Assembly (NCBI GenBank): GCA_900550625.1
Contig: URSW01000002.1
Location: 1-32,787 of the forward strand
DNA from: an uncultured Eubacteriales bacterium
GTDB taxonomy: Bacteria; Bacillota; Clostridia; Oscillospirales; CAG-272
DNA length: 32,787 bases
Direction: 5' to 3'
Each line of letters begins with the position of its first letter. Position 1 is the first letter of the stretch. The notes beneath the pieces are model-generated. The model worked only from the letters and a program-made list of their open reading frames with translations. It was not told where the DNA came from and ran no database searches. The translations under genes and the position numbers were made by a program. This document shows, piece by piece, positions 18,386-27,298 of this stretch.

Positions 18386-18994
18386 TCAGTCCTTGTCGCA
18401 ATCGCAGAGAGGCATAACCCATACGTTTCTGAAGGAAACGGCGTTCCCGTGATCCTGAAGCATAAGCGGACCCTTTGCGACGCGGCGGTTTTCGGTGATT
18501 CCGCCGGGAGTAACGCTCGGAAGAATGAAGTTGTTATGTACAACGATTCCGTTCTGGAGAAGAGTAATGCGTCCGTCCTCAGCTATCTCGCCGTACTGGT
18601 TGAAGCGGGGAGCTCTGAAGATGATATCGTAGGTCTGCCACTCCTCGGCGGGAAGGCATGCATTGCAAAGCGGAGCCTGAATGCTGTAGATACCGGAGCA
18701 ATCATCGTTGCGCGGATTCTCGATGCCGTAGGAATCGAGAACCTGGATCTCATAGCAGCCGTGAACATAAACGCCGCTGTTGCCCTTTGCCTGACCGGTG
18801 CAGTCGGGCATATCGGGGATTCTGAACTCGACGTGGATGTGAGCATCGGAGAACTGATAATCGGAAACGATATCCTCGTGCCCTACGGTAGCAATTCCGT
18901 CCTCAACTTTCCAATCGGGGGTATTGCCCGACCAACGGGACTTCCATCCGGAAAGATCGGTACCGTCAAAAAGGTATACTTTTTCTTTATTCAT
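18386..18994 (-). CDS. DUF1080 (3-keto-disaccharide hydrolase-like, concanavalin-fold) domain protein
   Basis: 202 aa. Family hallmarks: 'LFDGTDLSGWKS', 'WKVEDGI', 'GNSGVYVHGCYEIQVLDSYG' and 'LQDHGNAVSFRNVWV'. No signal peptide. Confidence 0.8.
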   Translation of the reverse strand: MNKEKVYLFDGTDLSGWKSRWSGNTPDWKVEDGIATVGHEDIVSDYQFSDAHIHVEFRIPDMPDCTGQAKGNSGVYVHGCYEIQVLDSYGIENPRNDDCSGIYSIQAPLCNACLPAEEWQTYDIIFRAPRFNQYGEIAEDGRITLLQNGIVVHNNFILPSVTPGGITENRRVAKGPLMLQDHGNAVSFRNVWVMPLCDCDKD

Positions 18995-19030
18995 CTTGTT
19001 TGATTCCTTTCAAAATAGGGGATTTACTTA

Positions 19031-19059
19031 ATTCTAATCCATTCGCCGCGCAAAATCAA
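19031..19059 (-). promoter_or_regulatory. Sigma-A-type promoter candidate for the DUF1080 gene
   Basis: Minus strand reads 'TTGATT'-17 nt-'TAGAAT', about 35 nt upstream of the ATG. Confidence 0.45.
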
Positions 19060-19129
19060 GGTGTTTCGCAAAAATCACCTCAGCTTTTTTGAAATATCTC
19101 AAAACCGGGATGTCTTTTTTACCCGCTGC

Positions 19130-19159
19130 ATCACAAAAGCACTGATGCGGACATATAAT
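19130..19159 (+). promoter_or_regulatory. Promoter candidate for the LysM-GH18 gene
   Basis: Perfect -10 'TATAAT' (19154-19159), which also reads 'CATATAAT' and so resembles the sporulation sigma-E -10 'CATACAnT'. Weak -35 'ATCACA' at 18-nt spacing. The sigma factor cannot be assigned from sequence. Confidence 0.4.
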
Positions 19160-19194
19160 TTATTAAAATAATTTGTGCGAAGCGAGGTACATTT

Positions 19195-20490
19195 ATGACT
19201 GTATACACTGTAGAAAGCGGAGACAGTGTTTATTCGATAGCAAGGAAATTCGGCGTTCCCGCGTCGAGAATAGTTACCGACAACGAGCTTTCGAATCCGT
19301 CGCGGCTGATCGTCGGTCAGTCGATCGTGATTCTCTATCCGACGGAAACATATACGGTGCGCGGAGGCGACACACTTGACGCCGTATCACGAAGAACGGG
19401 AGTATCGCTCAATGAGCTTTGGAGAAACAACCCGACGCTCGGGGGAAAATCAACGGTATATCCGGGGCAAACGCTGAACATCCGCTATGAAGTTTCTCCG
19501 CTCGGCGATGTATACACAAACGGATATGTGTATACATATGTAAACCGCGATGTGCTCAGAAAAACTCTGCCTTATCTGACATATCTGTCGGTATTCTCGC
19601 ACGGGTTTAAAGAAGACGGATCGCTTCTCCCGCCCGAAGGCGGAGATGAAGAGATCATCTCGATAGCAAAGGAGTACGGTACGATCCCGCTGCTTACACT
19701 TACCTCTATAACGGAAAACGGAACATTTTCTTCGGAGCTTGTCGAAAGCCTTCTTTCCTCACCCGTGCTTACTTCTTCCGTTGCAGCCTCCCTTGCCGAA
19801 ACTGCGGTCGAAAACGGCTACGGCGGTGTTGATCTTGATTTCGAATATATTCCGTCTCAGTATGCCGACGGGTATGTTGCTCTTATAAATGAGCTTCAGA
19901 ATCTTTTGCCGGAAGGATATGTGATCTTTACCTCGCTTGCACCGAAAACCTCCGCGGCGCAGAGCGGGTTGCTCTACGAAGGTCACGATTACGGGAAAAT
20001 AGGTGCCGCGTCCGATTATGTCCTGCTCATGACATACGAATGGGGATACACCTACGGTCCGCCGCTCGCCGTCGCTCCTAAGCCTCAGGTGCGTCAGGTG
20101 ATCGAATATGCTCTGTCCGAAATACCTTCATCAAAAATCTTTATGGGGATTCCGAATTACGGATACGATTGGACTCTCCCTTATGTGAGAGGCGAATCAA
20201 AGGCTCAGTCCCTTTCGAATATCGAAGCGCTCCGCCTCGCCGGAGAAAAGAACGCGGAAATAATGTTCAGCGAAACGGCGCAGACCCCGTATTTCAATTA
20301 TTTCGAGCGGAACAGCCGAGGCGGAGCATCCGAGCATGTCGTGTGGTTCGACGATGCACGGAGCATGGATTCAAAGCTCAGGCTCATATCGGAATACGGT
20401 CTTTACGGCGGGGGTGTATGGAACGTAATGAAGTATTTCCCCGCGCTCTGGACCGTGATGAATTCTCTCTATAATATAAGAAAATTATAA
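19195..20490 (+). CDS. Two-LysM + glycoside hydrolase family 18 protein (YaaH/SleL/YdhD-like spore peptidoglycan hydrolase)
   Basis: 431 aa. Two LysM repeats ('YTVESGDSVYSIARKFGV...GQSIVI' and 'YTVRGGDTLDAVSRRTGV...GQTLNI'). GH18 catalytic motif 'GGVDLDFEY' (DxDxE). SD 'GAGG' lies 7 nt upstream. Confidence 0.85.
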   Translation: MTVYTVESGDSVYSIARKFGVPASRIVTDNELSNPSRLIVGQSIVILYPTETYTVRGGDTLDAVSRRTGVSLNELWRNNPTLGGKSTVYPGQTLNIRYEVSPLGDVYTNGYVYTYVNRDVLRKTLPYLTYLSVFSHGFKEDGSLLPPEGGDEEIISIAKEYGTIPLLTLTSITENGTFSSELVESLLSSPVLTSSVAASLAETAVENGYGGVDLDFEYIPSQYADGYVALINELQNLLPEGYVIFTSLAPKTSAAQSGLLYEGHDYGKIGAASDYVLLMTYEWGYTYGPPLAVAPKPQVRQVIEYALSEIPSSKIFMGIPNYGYDWTLPYVRGESKAQSLSNIEALRLAGEKNAEIMFSETAQTPYFNYFERNSRGGASEHVVWFDDARSMDSKLRLISEYGLYGGGVWNVMKYFPALWTVMNSLYNIRKL

Positions 20491-20620
20491 TCGGTACCTG
20501 TGCCGCGGAAACTGTGCGCGGATAAAAACGTGAGTATCGTCGGCAAGCGAAGAGCGCAGATGCCCGGAATTTTCGGTCACATCGTTCGACTGCCGTGATA
20601 TGAGCCGCAGTTCGGCATCC

Positions 20621-20660
20621 ACGGACGGAGCGGAGGACACCCCCGATCCGTCCGTTTTTG
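20621..20660 (+). terminator. Rho-independent terminator downstream of the LysM-GH18 gene
   Basis: Arms 'acggacgga' (20621-20629) and 'tccgtccgt' (20647-20655), then 'ttttt'. The 17-nt loop is large. It sits about 130 nt after the stop codon. Confidence 0.55.
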
Positions 20661-20701
20661 TCCCGCGTACATCGCTTTTTTTACTTAATTGCTTATTTTT
20701 A

Positions 20702-20730
20702 TTGCTTTTTCGGGCTTTTCGTGGTAAAAT
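20702..20730 (+). promoter_or_regulatory. Extended -10 sigma-A-type promoter of the pcrA-proS-SEDS-mtaB unit
   Basis: 'TTGCTT'-17 nt-'TAAAAT' with 'TGg' immediately upstream ('TGGTAAAAT'), 30 nt before the pcrA ATG. Confidence 0.5.
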
Positions 20731-20759
20731 GAAATGATTATATTTTCAGAGGTTTTCTA

Positions 20760-23180
20760 ATGATTGAACGCAGATATATTGACCTGAAACATGAGCTTTT
20801 CGATATTTACTACGGGAAACTCAACGACATGCAGAGAGAGAGCGTATATTCGGTAAACGGTCCGAATCTTATTCTTGCCGGAGCCGGAAGCGGAAAAACG
20901 ACGGTCCTCGTAAACCGCATAACCCACATAATCCGTTACGGCAACGGTTACGCCGTGAATTTTATTCCGGACGATCTCACCGAAGAAACCATCGCCGAAA
21001 TGGAACGGGCGAAAAGCCTGCCTCACGACGAGCTCGGCAAATTTCTCGAAAGATTCTCATACGATGCGCCGAGTCCGTGGTCGGTGATGGCAATAACCTT
21101 CACGAACAAGGCTGCAAATGAGATCAAGGCCAGACTTTACGCAGCATTCGGCGAAGGCTCGGAAGCAGCATACGAAGTATGGGCGGGAACATTCCACTCG
21201 ATATGCATGAGGCTTCTGCGCCGCTACGGAGAAGCCGTCGGATACACAAGCGATGCCGGAATATGCGACACCGACGATGCGAAAAAGCTGATCACCGACT
21301 GCATGAAAAAGCTCAACATCGACACAAAACAGCTTCCGGTAAAATCGGTCATGTCGGCAATAAGCCGAGCAAAGGACAATCTTATGACCGCGGCGGACTT
21401 CTCAAAGGAAACCGGAAACGATTTCAAGCTCAAGCAGATCGCAAGAATTTACGAAATGTATTCGGCGCGTCTTCTCGAATCGAATCTTCTCGACTTCGAT
21501 GATATCATCATGCAGACCGTATTTATGCTTCGGTTCAACGACGAAATACGGAGAAAGCTGCAGAATCGATTCCGCTATGTTCTTGTCGATGAGTTCCAAG
21601 ACACAAACGTAGCTCAGCTTGAGCTCACGATGCTCCTATCGGGCGGATACGACAACATCATGGTCGTCGGAGATGACGATCAGAGCATATACAAGTTCCG
21701 CGGTGCGACGATTGAAAACATTCTTTCGTTCGATCGGAAATACGAAAATGTCACCGTTATCCGTTTGGAGCAGAACTACCGCTCGACAAAAAACATTCTC
21801 AATGCGGCAAATGCGGTCATCAAGAAAAACGAAGGACGTCACGCAAAAAATCTCTGGTGCGACGGCGCAAGAGGAGACGAAATTTCCCTTGTCCGGCTTC
21901 AGAATCAGCTTGACGAGGCAAAATACATATGCGATACCATAACGGATGCCGTATCCTCGGGAAGGTATTCATACAGGGATTTCGCAATTCTCTACCGAAT
22001 GAACTCGCAGTCACGGACACTCGAGCAGGCAATGGCGAAGGGCGGCGTTCCCTATCGCCTTCTCGGCGGCACGCGCTTCTTCGACCGTGCCGAAATCCGT
22101 GATATGGTCGCATATCTCTGCGTTATAAACAATCCCTCCGACAGCATACATTTGCGGAGAATCGCCAATGTTCCGAAGAGAGGGATCGGCGAGCGTTCTC
22201 TCGAAAATGCGGAAATGCTTGCGTCGTCTCTCGGAATATCGATGCTCGAGCTTATGAGAAATGCCTCGCACTATGAAGCGCTGCCTACCGCCGCCGCTCA
22301 CTCGATGGAGGAGTTTGCGAAAATGATCGCGGATTTCCGCGTGATGGCTGACGAGGGCAACATTTCGGAGCTTATACGCCGTGTATATGAGGATACAGGA
22401 TACGAAAAAATGCTGGAAGCAGCAGGTGAGGCGGAAGCAGATCGGATAGACAACGTGGGAGAGCTTGTTTCCACCGCGGTGCAGTACGAGGAAAATGCGG
22501 ACGAGCCTTCCCTTTCGGAATTTCTTCTTGATGTTGCGTTGGTTTCGGATGTCGATAAATACGACGAAAGTGCAGATGCCGTCGTCCTTATGACGATCCA
22601 CAGCGCTAAAGGTCTTGAATTCCCCGTCGTATTCCTTCCCGGACTCGAGGAAGGAATTTTCCCGGGATATCAGTCGATATTCAATCCCGAGGACATCGAA
22701 GAGGAGCGGCGCCTTTGTTATGTTGCAATCACACGCGCAAAGGAAAAGCTGTATCTGCTTAACGTTCACGAAAGAATGCTGAACGGCTCCACGCAGTACA
22801 ACAAGGTCTCGCGCTTCGTCGAGGAAATTCCGCCCGAGCTTATAGACGAGCAGGACAAAACCGGACGCTCCGGTCGGATCATGTCCTTCGGCGATGAGAA
22901 GGAAATGCATTCGCTCAAGGTCAGACAGAACAGGAATTCTCCCCTCGGAACGTCTCCGGCGCGAATTAACGCGGAAAAGAATCTCGGCATAATAAAGAAA
23001 GAAAACAAGCCGAAACCTTCGGCTTTCGCCGTCGGAGACAGAGTGCGCCATGTGACGTTCGGTCCCGGAACCGTGCTGTCCGTCAAGCCTATGGGCGGAG
23101 ACATAATGTACGAAATAGATTTTGACAAGGTCGGAACGAAAAAACTCATGGCGACATTCGCAAGGCTCACCGCCGAATAA
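20760..23180 (+). CDS. pcrA: ATP-dependent DNA helicase PcrA/UvrD (SF1A)
   Basis: 806 aa. Walker A 'AGAGSGKT'. Motif II 'VLVDEFQDTN'. Also 'VVGDDDQSIYKFRGA', 'QNYRS', 'TIHSAKGLEFPVVFL' and 'VAITRAKEKLYL'. C-terminal Tudor-like tail 'GDRVRHVTFGPGTVL'. Confidence 0.93.
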   Translation: MIERRYIDLKHELFDIYYGKLNDMQRESVYSVNGPNLILAGAGSGKTTVLVNRITHIIRYGNGYAVNFIPDDLTEETIAEMERAKSLPHDELGKFLERFSYDAPSPWSVMAITFTNKAANEIKARLYAAFGEGSEAAYEVWAGTFHSICMRLLRRYGEAVGYTSDAGICDTDDAKKLITDCMKKLNIDTKQLPVKSVMSAISRAKDNLMTAADFSKETGNDFKLKQIARIYEMYSARLLESNLLDFDDIIMQTVFMLRFNDEIRRKLQNRFRYVLVDEFQDTNVAQLELTMLLSGGYDNIMVVGDDDQSIYKFRGATIENILSFDRKYENVTVIRLEQNYRSTKNILNAANAVIKKNEGRHAKNLWCDGARGDEISLVRLQNQLDEAKYICDTITDAVSSGRYSYRDFAILYRMNSQSRTLEQAMAKGGVPYRLLGGTRFFDRAEIRDMVAYLCVINNPSDSIHLRRIANVPKRGIGERSLENAEMLASSLGISMLELMRNASHYEALPTAAAHSMEEFAKMIADFRVMADEGNISELIRRVYEDTGYEKMLEAAGEAEADRIDNVGELVSTAVQYEENADEPSLSEFLLDVALVSDVDKYDESADAVVLMTIHSAKGLEFPVVFLPGLEEGIFPGYQSIFNPEDIEEERRLCYVAITRAKEKLYLLNVHERMLNGSTQYNKVSRFVEEIPPELIDEQDKTGRSGRIMSFGDEKEMHSLKVRQNRNSPLGTSPARINAEKNLGIIKKENKPKPSAFAVGDRVRHVTFGPGTVLSVKPMGGDIMYEIDFDKVGTKKLMATFARLTAE

Positions 23181-23245
23181 AAATTTATAACACAAGAAAA
23201 TAATTGAAAGGACGCTTTGATTTTTCAGGGCGCGGTAAAAATACT

Positions 23246-24685
23246 GTGAAAAACGAAAAGCTGGTAGAAAACATCACCTCAATGGACGAAGACTTTGCAA
23301 AATGGTACACGGATATCTGTCTGAAAGCGGATCTCGTTGCTTATTCGAGCGTAAAGGGCTGCATGATCATACGCCCTTACGGATATGCAATATGGGAAAA
23401 CATTCAGTCGATCCTCGACCGCCGCTTCAAGGAGCTCGGTCACGAGAACGTACTCATGCCCATGTTTATCCCCGAATCGCTGCTCAATAAGGAAAAGGAG
23501 CACGTTGAAGGATTTGCTCCCGAAGTCGCATGGGTGACTCACGGCGGAAGTGAGAAGCTCACCGAGCGTCTTTGCGTCCGTCCGACCTCGGAGACGCTTT
23601 TCTGCGAGCATTATGCCGACATCATAAAATCATGGCGCGATCTTCCGAAGCTTTACAATCAGTGGTGCAGCGTCGTTCGTTGGGAGAAGACCACCCGTCC
23701 CTTCCTCCGTACCCGCGAATTCCTCTGGCAGGAGGGTCACACAATGCACGCAACCGAAGAGGATGCGCGCGAAGAGACAGTGCGCATGCTGAACGTATAT
23801 GCCGATTTCCATGAAAAGGATCTCGCAATTCCCGTTGTAAAGGGCGCCAAAACTCCCTCGGACAAGTTTGCGGGCGCTGAGGACACTTACACGATCGAGG
23901 CTCTCATGCACGACGGAAAAGCACTTCAGGCGGGTACAAGCCATTATTTCGGAAACGGCTTTGCGAAGGCTTTCGATATCACCTATGCCGACCGCGAAAA
24001 CAAGCTCGTTCACCCCTTCCAGACCTCGTGGGGCTCGAGCACCCGTATGATCGGCGGAATAATAATGACTCACGGAGACGACAACGGACTTGTTCTTCCT
24101 CCGGCAATCGCGCCGATCCAGGTCGCGGTCATTCCCGTGCAGATGCACAAGGAGGGCGTTGCCGATGCCGCCCGCGCGGTCGCAGACCGTCTCCGTGCGC
24201 ACGGAATCCGCGTAAAGGTTGACGATTCCGACAATTCTCCCGGATGGAAGTTCGCCGAGTATGAGATGAAGGGCGTGCCGCTCAGAATCGAGATCGGTCC
24301 GCGCGATATTGCCGAAAATAAGTGCGTTATGGTTACAAGAACGAAGCGTGAAAAGACGTTCGTCTCGCTCGACGAGCTTGAGGCGAGTGTCGATGAAAGA
24401 CTTCGCACCGTCCGCGACGAAATGTACGAAAAGGCGCTTGAGAACCGCAAGAGACGCTCCTACGACTGCACAAGCATCGAGGAGATCGGCAAAGCGGTTG
24501 CGGAACACGGCGACGGATTCGCATTTGCAATGTGGTGCGGCAGCGAAGAATGCGAGGACAAGGTCAAGGAGCTGACCGGGCTCGGTTCACGCTGCGTTCC
24601 TCTCGATCAGAGAAAGATCTCGGACAAGTGCGTCTGCTGCGGAAAGCCCGCCGACAAGATGGTTTGCTGGGGCAAGGCATATTGA
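23246..24685 (+). CDS. proS: Proline--tRNA ligase, archaeal/eukaryote-like type (no INS editing domain, C-terminal Zn-binding domain)
   Basis: Motifs '[36 protein letters not shown]', class II motifs and C-terminal '[18 protein letters not shown]'. Start chosen at GTG 23246, giving '[16 protein letters not shown]' and 479 aa, which fits the family length. The track's TTG 23204 and ATG 23282 remain possible. No candidate has a strong SD. Confidence 0.9.
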   Translation: MKNEKLVENITSMDEDFAKWYTDICLKADLVAYSSVKGCMIIRPYGYAIWENIQSILDRRFKELGHENVLMPMFIPESLLNKEKEHVEGFAPEVAWVTHGGSEKLTERLCVRPTSETLFCEHYADIIKSWRDLPKLYNQWCSVVRWEKTTRPFLRTREFLWQEGHTMHATEEDAREETVRMLNVYADFHEKDLAIPVVKGAKTPSDKFAGAEDTYTIEALMHDGKALQAGTSHYFGNGFAKAFDITYADRENKLVHPFQTSWGSSTRMIGGIIMTHGDDNGLVLPPAIAPIQVAVIPVQMHKEGVADAARAVADRLRAHGIRVKVDDSDNSPGWKFAEYEMKGVPLRIEIGPRDIAENKCVMVTRTKREKTFVSLDELEASVDERLRTVRDEMYEKALENRKRRSYDCTSIEEIGKAVAEHGDGFAFAMWCGSEECEDKVKELTGLGSRCVPLDQRKISDKCVCCGKPADKMVCWGKAY

Positions 24686-24735
24686 TTTTCGCCTTATCCC
24701 GCGCTCGGTTAAAATTCAGACGGAGGTGATGCAGG

Positions 24736-25863
24736 CTGAAGGAATTTTCAACAAGTATCCCGGACAGGCTCCGGCAGCTTGACTTCGTAATAATAATATG
24801 CGCTCTCGGAATGAACTTTCTCAGCCTGCTCGTACTATACGGCGGACAGAGCGTATTCGGAATACGTCGGTTCTATGTGCAATTCGGTGCAACCGTGATC
24901 GGCATTTGTATTATGCTTGCCATATCTCTCATCGACTACGATGCGATAATATCCCGCTTTGCCCTTCCGATGTTCATTGTCTCCGTCATCATGCTTGCAT
25001 CACTGATGGTGATAGGCACGGACAACGGCTCGGGAAACAGAAGCTGGATACACATACCGATAATAAATCTTGATATGCAGCCGTCAGAATTTGTAAAGAT
25101 ACTTTTTATCTGCACATTCTCAAAGCATATCGACCGGGTCAAAAGCAACATAAACAAGTTCACGAACGTGCTTCAGCTTGCACTTCACGCAGGGATAATC
25201 GTCGGATGCGTCCTTCTTTCGAAGGACCTCGGGTCGGCGCTTGTCTTTATGGCGATAATCGCCGTCATGCTTTTCTGCGCGGGGCTTTCGCTTTGGTATT
25301 TTGCTTTTGTCGGCGCGCTGATTCTCATTCTGTCGCCGATACTTTGGTCTCATCTTGCCGAGCATCAGCAGATGCGGATTATTGCCGGATTCAATCCGGA
25401 TATCGATCCCCTTAAATGGGGATGGGATGCGATAAACAGCCGTAATGCGATAATTTCCGGCGGATTCCGCGGCGCGGGGCTTTTCGGCGGAGAAGCCTTC
25501 AAAGCCGTTCACGCAAATCATTCCGACTTTATTTTCATGGTGCTATGTGAAAAGCTCGGATTTCTCGGTGCATTTGCATATATCGCATTTAACGCGACCA
25601 TGACAGTCCGTATGATCTGGCTTGCGCGTGTTGCGCGGAAGGATTACGGTGCGCTTATCTGCGCGGGAGTTGCGGCTCTCATGATGGCGCAGACTCTCGA
25701 GAACATCGGAATGTGTCTCGCAATGGTGCCTGTTGTGGGAATAACTCTTCCCTTCTGCTCATACGGCGGTTCGTCGATCCTCTCTCTTTACATTTGTCTC
25801 GGTCTTATAATGTCAATTTCAACGCACAACAAAAAATATTATTTTGAAAGAGAAAGCGCGTAA
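24736..25863 (+). CDS. SEDS-family peptidoglycan glycosyltransferase (FtsW/RodA/SpoVE family)
   Basis: Polytopic membrane protein with 'MQPSEFVKILFI' and 'NSRNAIISGGFRGAGLFGGE'. The tracked ATG (24811) cuts TM1. The in-frame upstream sequence 'LKEFSTSIPDRLRQLDFVIIICALG' is bounded by TGA 24727-24729 and has no canonical start. The best start is CTG 24736, 6 nt after SD 'GGAGGTGA'. This gives 375 aa, typical for the family. Confidence 0.85.
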   Translation: MKEFSTSIPDRLRQLDFVIIICALGMNFLSLLVLYGGQSVFGIRRFYVQFGATVIGICIMLAISLIDYDAIISRFALPMFIVSVIMLASLMVIGTDNGSGNRSWIHIPIINLDMQPSEFVKILFICTFSKHIDRVKSNINKFTNVLQLALHAGIIVGCVLLSKDLGSALVFMAIIAVMLFCAGLSLWYFAFVGALILILSPILWSHLAEHQQMRIIAGFNPDIDPLKWGWDAINSRNAIISGGFRGAGLFGGEAFKAVHANHSDFIFMVLCEKLGFLGAFAYIAFNATMTVRMIWLARVARKDYGALICAGVAALMMAQTLENIGMCLAMVPVVGITLPFCSYGGSSILSLYICLGLIMSISTHNKKYYFERESA

Positions 25864-25893
25864 ACGCTTTCTCTTTTGGCAAAGGTTGCTTTT

Positions 25894-27222
25894 ATGTCAG
25901 AAAAGAATTTCAGTATTTGCATACACACTCTCGGCTGCCGTGCGAATCAGTACGAATCGGACGCTATCGCCGCTGCGCTTTGTGCGGAGGGCTTTCGCAT
26001 CGTGACGGCAAACGAGAGAGCGGATGTATCAATAATCAACACCTGCACGGTGACTGCGGAAAGCGACCGCAAAAGCCGCCAGCTCATACGTCGCTGCCGC
26101 GCCGTATCCGATCACGTCATTGTCACCGGATGCTTTGCCCAGATATCGCCCGATGCCGCGAAAAGCATCGAAGGTGTAGATGCCGTAATCGGAAACAAAA
26201 ACAAAAGCAGCGTCATTGAAGCGGTAAAAAGATTTGCCGAAGGCGCCGCGTATCGGGGAGACGATTTTCCGGAGGATTTCGAATCATTTGAGGAGTGCGG
26301 CGCTCTGAGCGGAGGATGCGCCGTGCGTGCGCGTGCTTACGTCAAAATCGAGGACGGATGCGACAACCGATGCGCGTACTGTATCATCCCCAAGGCGCGC
26401 GGTCCGGCGAGATCAAAGTCTCCCGATGACGTTATTTCGGAAGTTGAAGCGCTCGCGTCATCCGGTGTATGCGAAGTGATCCTCACGGGAATCGAAACGG
26501 CTTCATACGGCAGGGACTTCGGAAACGGGTACGGTCTTTACGAGCTTTTGCGCGATATCTCGCTTATCGGCGGAATAAAGCGGATCGGAATGGGTTCTCT
26601 CGATCCATCGTCAATGCGCGGAGATTTTCCGAAAAGGCTTTCGGCTCTTCCGAAGGTGCTCCCGCATTTTCACATATCGCTTCAAAGCGGATCGTCCGAA
26701 ATCCTCGCCGCGATGAGACGGCGCTATAATGCCTCTCAGGCAAAAGCATTGATCGAAAACATCCGCAGCGCCTACGGCGAGGTTACCCTTTCATGCGACA
26801 TAATCGCCGGATTTCCGGGTGAAAGCGATAAGCTGTTCTCGGAAACGGCGGAATTTCTCGGAGAAGCGCGTTTTCTTCATATTCATGCTTTTCCGTTTTC
26901 CCCGCGCGAAGGAACGGAGGCTATTTCAATGCCGGGGCAAGTTCCCGTTGAGGTAAGGCGTGAGCGGGTTCGCATACTCTCCTCCCTTGATGAGAAAATA
27001 CGCTCCGAATTCCTTTCGGATTATGTTATTCGCCACCGTCTGAAAGAAGTCAACGTGCTCGCGGAAAAATTCGCCGATGGGAAGCTGACGGGACATACCG
27101 AGCATTTCATAGAGACGTCATTTAAAGGAAGCGAAGAACTTGTAGGAAAAATATGCAGAGTGACGCTCTCGGAAACAGACGGCAGCAAATGCTTCGGAGT
27201 CCGAATCGCGGCTCAGCCGTGA
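25894..27222 (+). CDS. mtaB: tRNA t6A37 methylthiotransferase (MiaB-like radical SAM, MtaB type)
   Basis: N-terminal MTTase 'ICIHTLGCRANQYESDAI'. Radical-SAM 'CDNRCAYCIIP'. C-terminal TRAM-like domain. ATG 25894 has SD 'AAAGG' 8 nt upstream and is preferred over TTG 25876. Confidence 0.88.
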   Translation: MSEKNFSICIHTLGCRANQYESDAIAAALCAEGFRIVTANERADVSIINTCTVTAESDRKSRQLIRRCRAVSDHVIVTGCFAQISPDAAKSIEGVDAVIGNKNKSSVIEAVKRFAEGAAYRGDDFPEDFESFEECGALSGGCAVRARAYVKIEDGCDNRCAYCIIPKARGPARSKSPDDVISEVEALASSGVCEVILTGIETASYGRDFGNGYGLYELLRDISLIGGIKRIGMGSLDPSSMRGDFPKRLSALPKVLPHFHISLQSGSSEILAAMRRRYNASQAKALIENIRSAYGEVTLSCDIIAGFPGESDKLFSETAEFLGEARFLHIHAFPFSPREGTEAISMPGQVPVEVRRERVRILSSLDEKIRSEFLSDYVIRHRLKEVNVLAEKFADGKLTGHTEHFIETSFKGSEELVGKICRVTLSETDGSKCFGVRIAAQP

Positions 27223-27244
27223 GATGATATTTTTCAATGCGCAG

Positions 27245-27282
27245 AAAAGCCGCCTTTGCCCGTTTGGGCAAAGGCGGCTTTT
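27245..27282. terminator. Perfect bidirectional rho-independent terminator between convergent mtaB and the lipoprotein gene
   Basis: 17-bp perfect arms 'aaaagccgcctttgccc' (27245-27261) and 'gggcaaaggcggctttt' (27266-27282), loop 'gttt'. A and T runs flank both sides. Confidence 0.85.
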
Positions 27283-27298
27283 ATACCGATCCGCTCGA

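Noticed and set aside
18995-19194. The divergent strand-switch region as a possible replication origin
   Set aside because: I could find no cluster of DnaA boxes (TTATCCACA or its complement). The only near match is a single 8/9 site inside dxr at about 14,340. There is no dnaA or dnaN nearby. The region is fully accounted for by two divergent promoters.
20491-20620. A 130-nt untranslated stretch between the LysM-GH18 stop and its terminator, as a possible small RNA or 3' regulatory element
   Set aside because: There is no independent promoter and no strong structure beyond a 5-bp 'ccgcg/cgcgg' hairpin. The only ORF is a 12-codon one with no SD. The simplest reading is a long 3' UTR.
22011-24508. 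Minus-strand ORFs of 394 aa (antisense to pcrA) and 292 aa (antisense to proS)
   Set aside because: Same artefact as above. Both lie entirely within strongly supported plus-strand genes and have no domain signatures or ribosome-binding sites.
24729-24782. An ATG at 24729 opens an 18-codon ORF ('MQAEGIFNKYPGQAPAA') that might be the true SEDS start, disrupted by a frameshift
   Set aside because: The ATG is only 2 nt from the GGAGG core, so spacing is poor. The peptide does not resemble a SEDS N-terminus, whereas the CTG-initiated frame does. I cannot fully exclude a sequencing indel, so this is listed as the refutation test for that finding.
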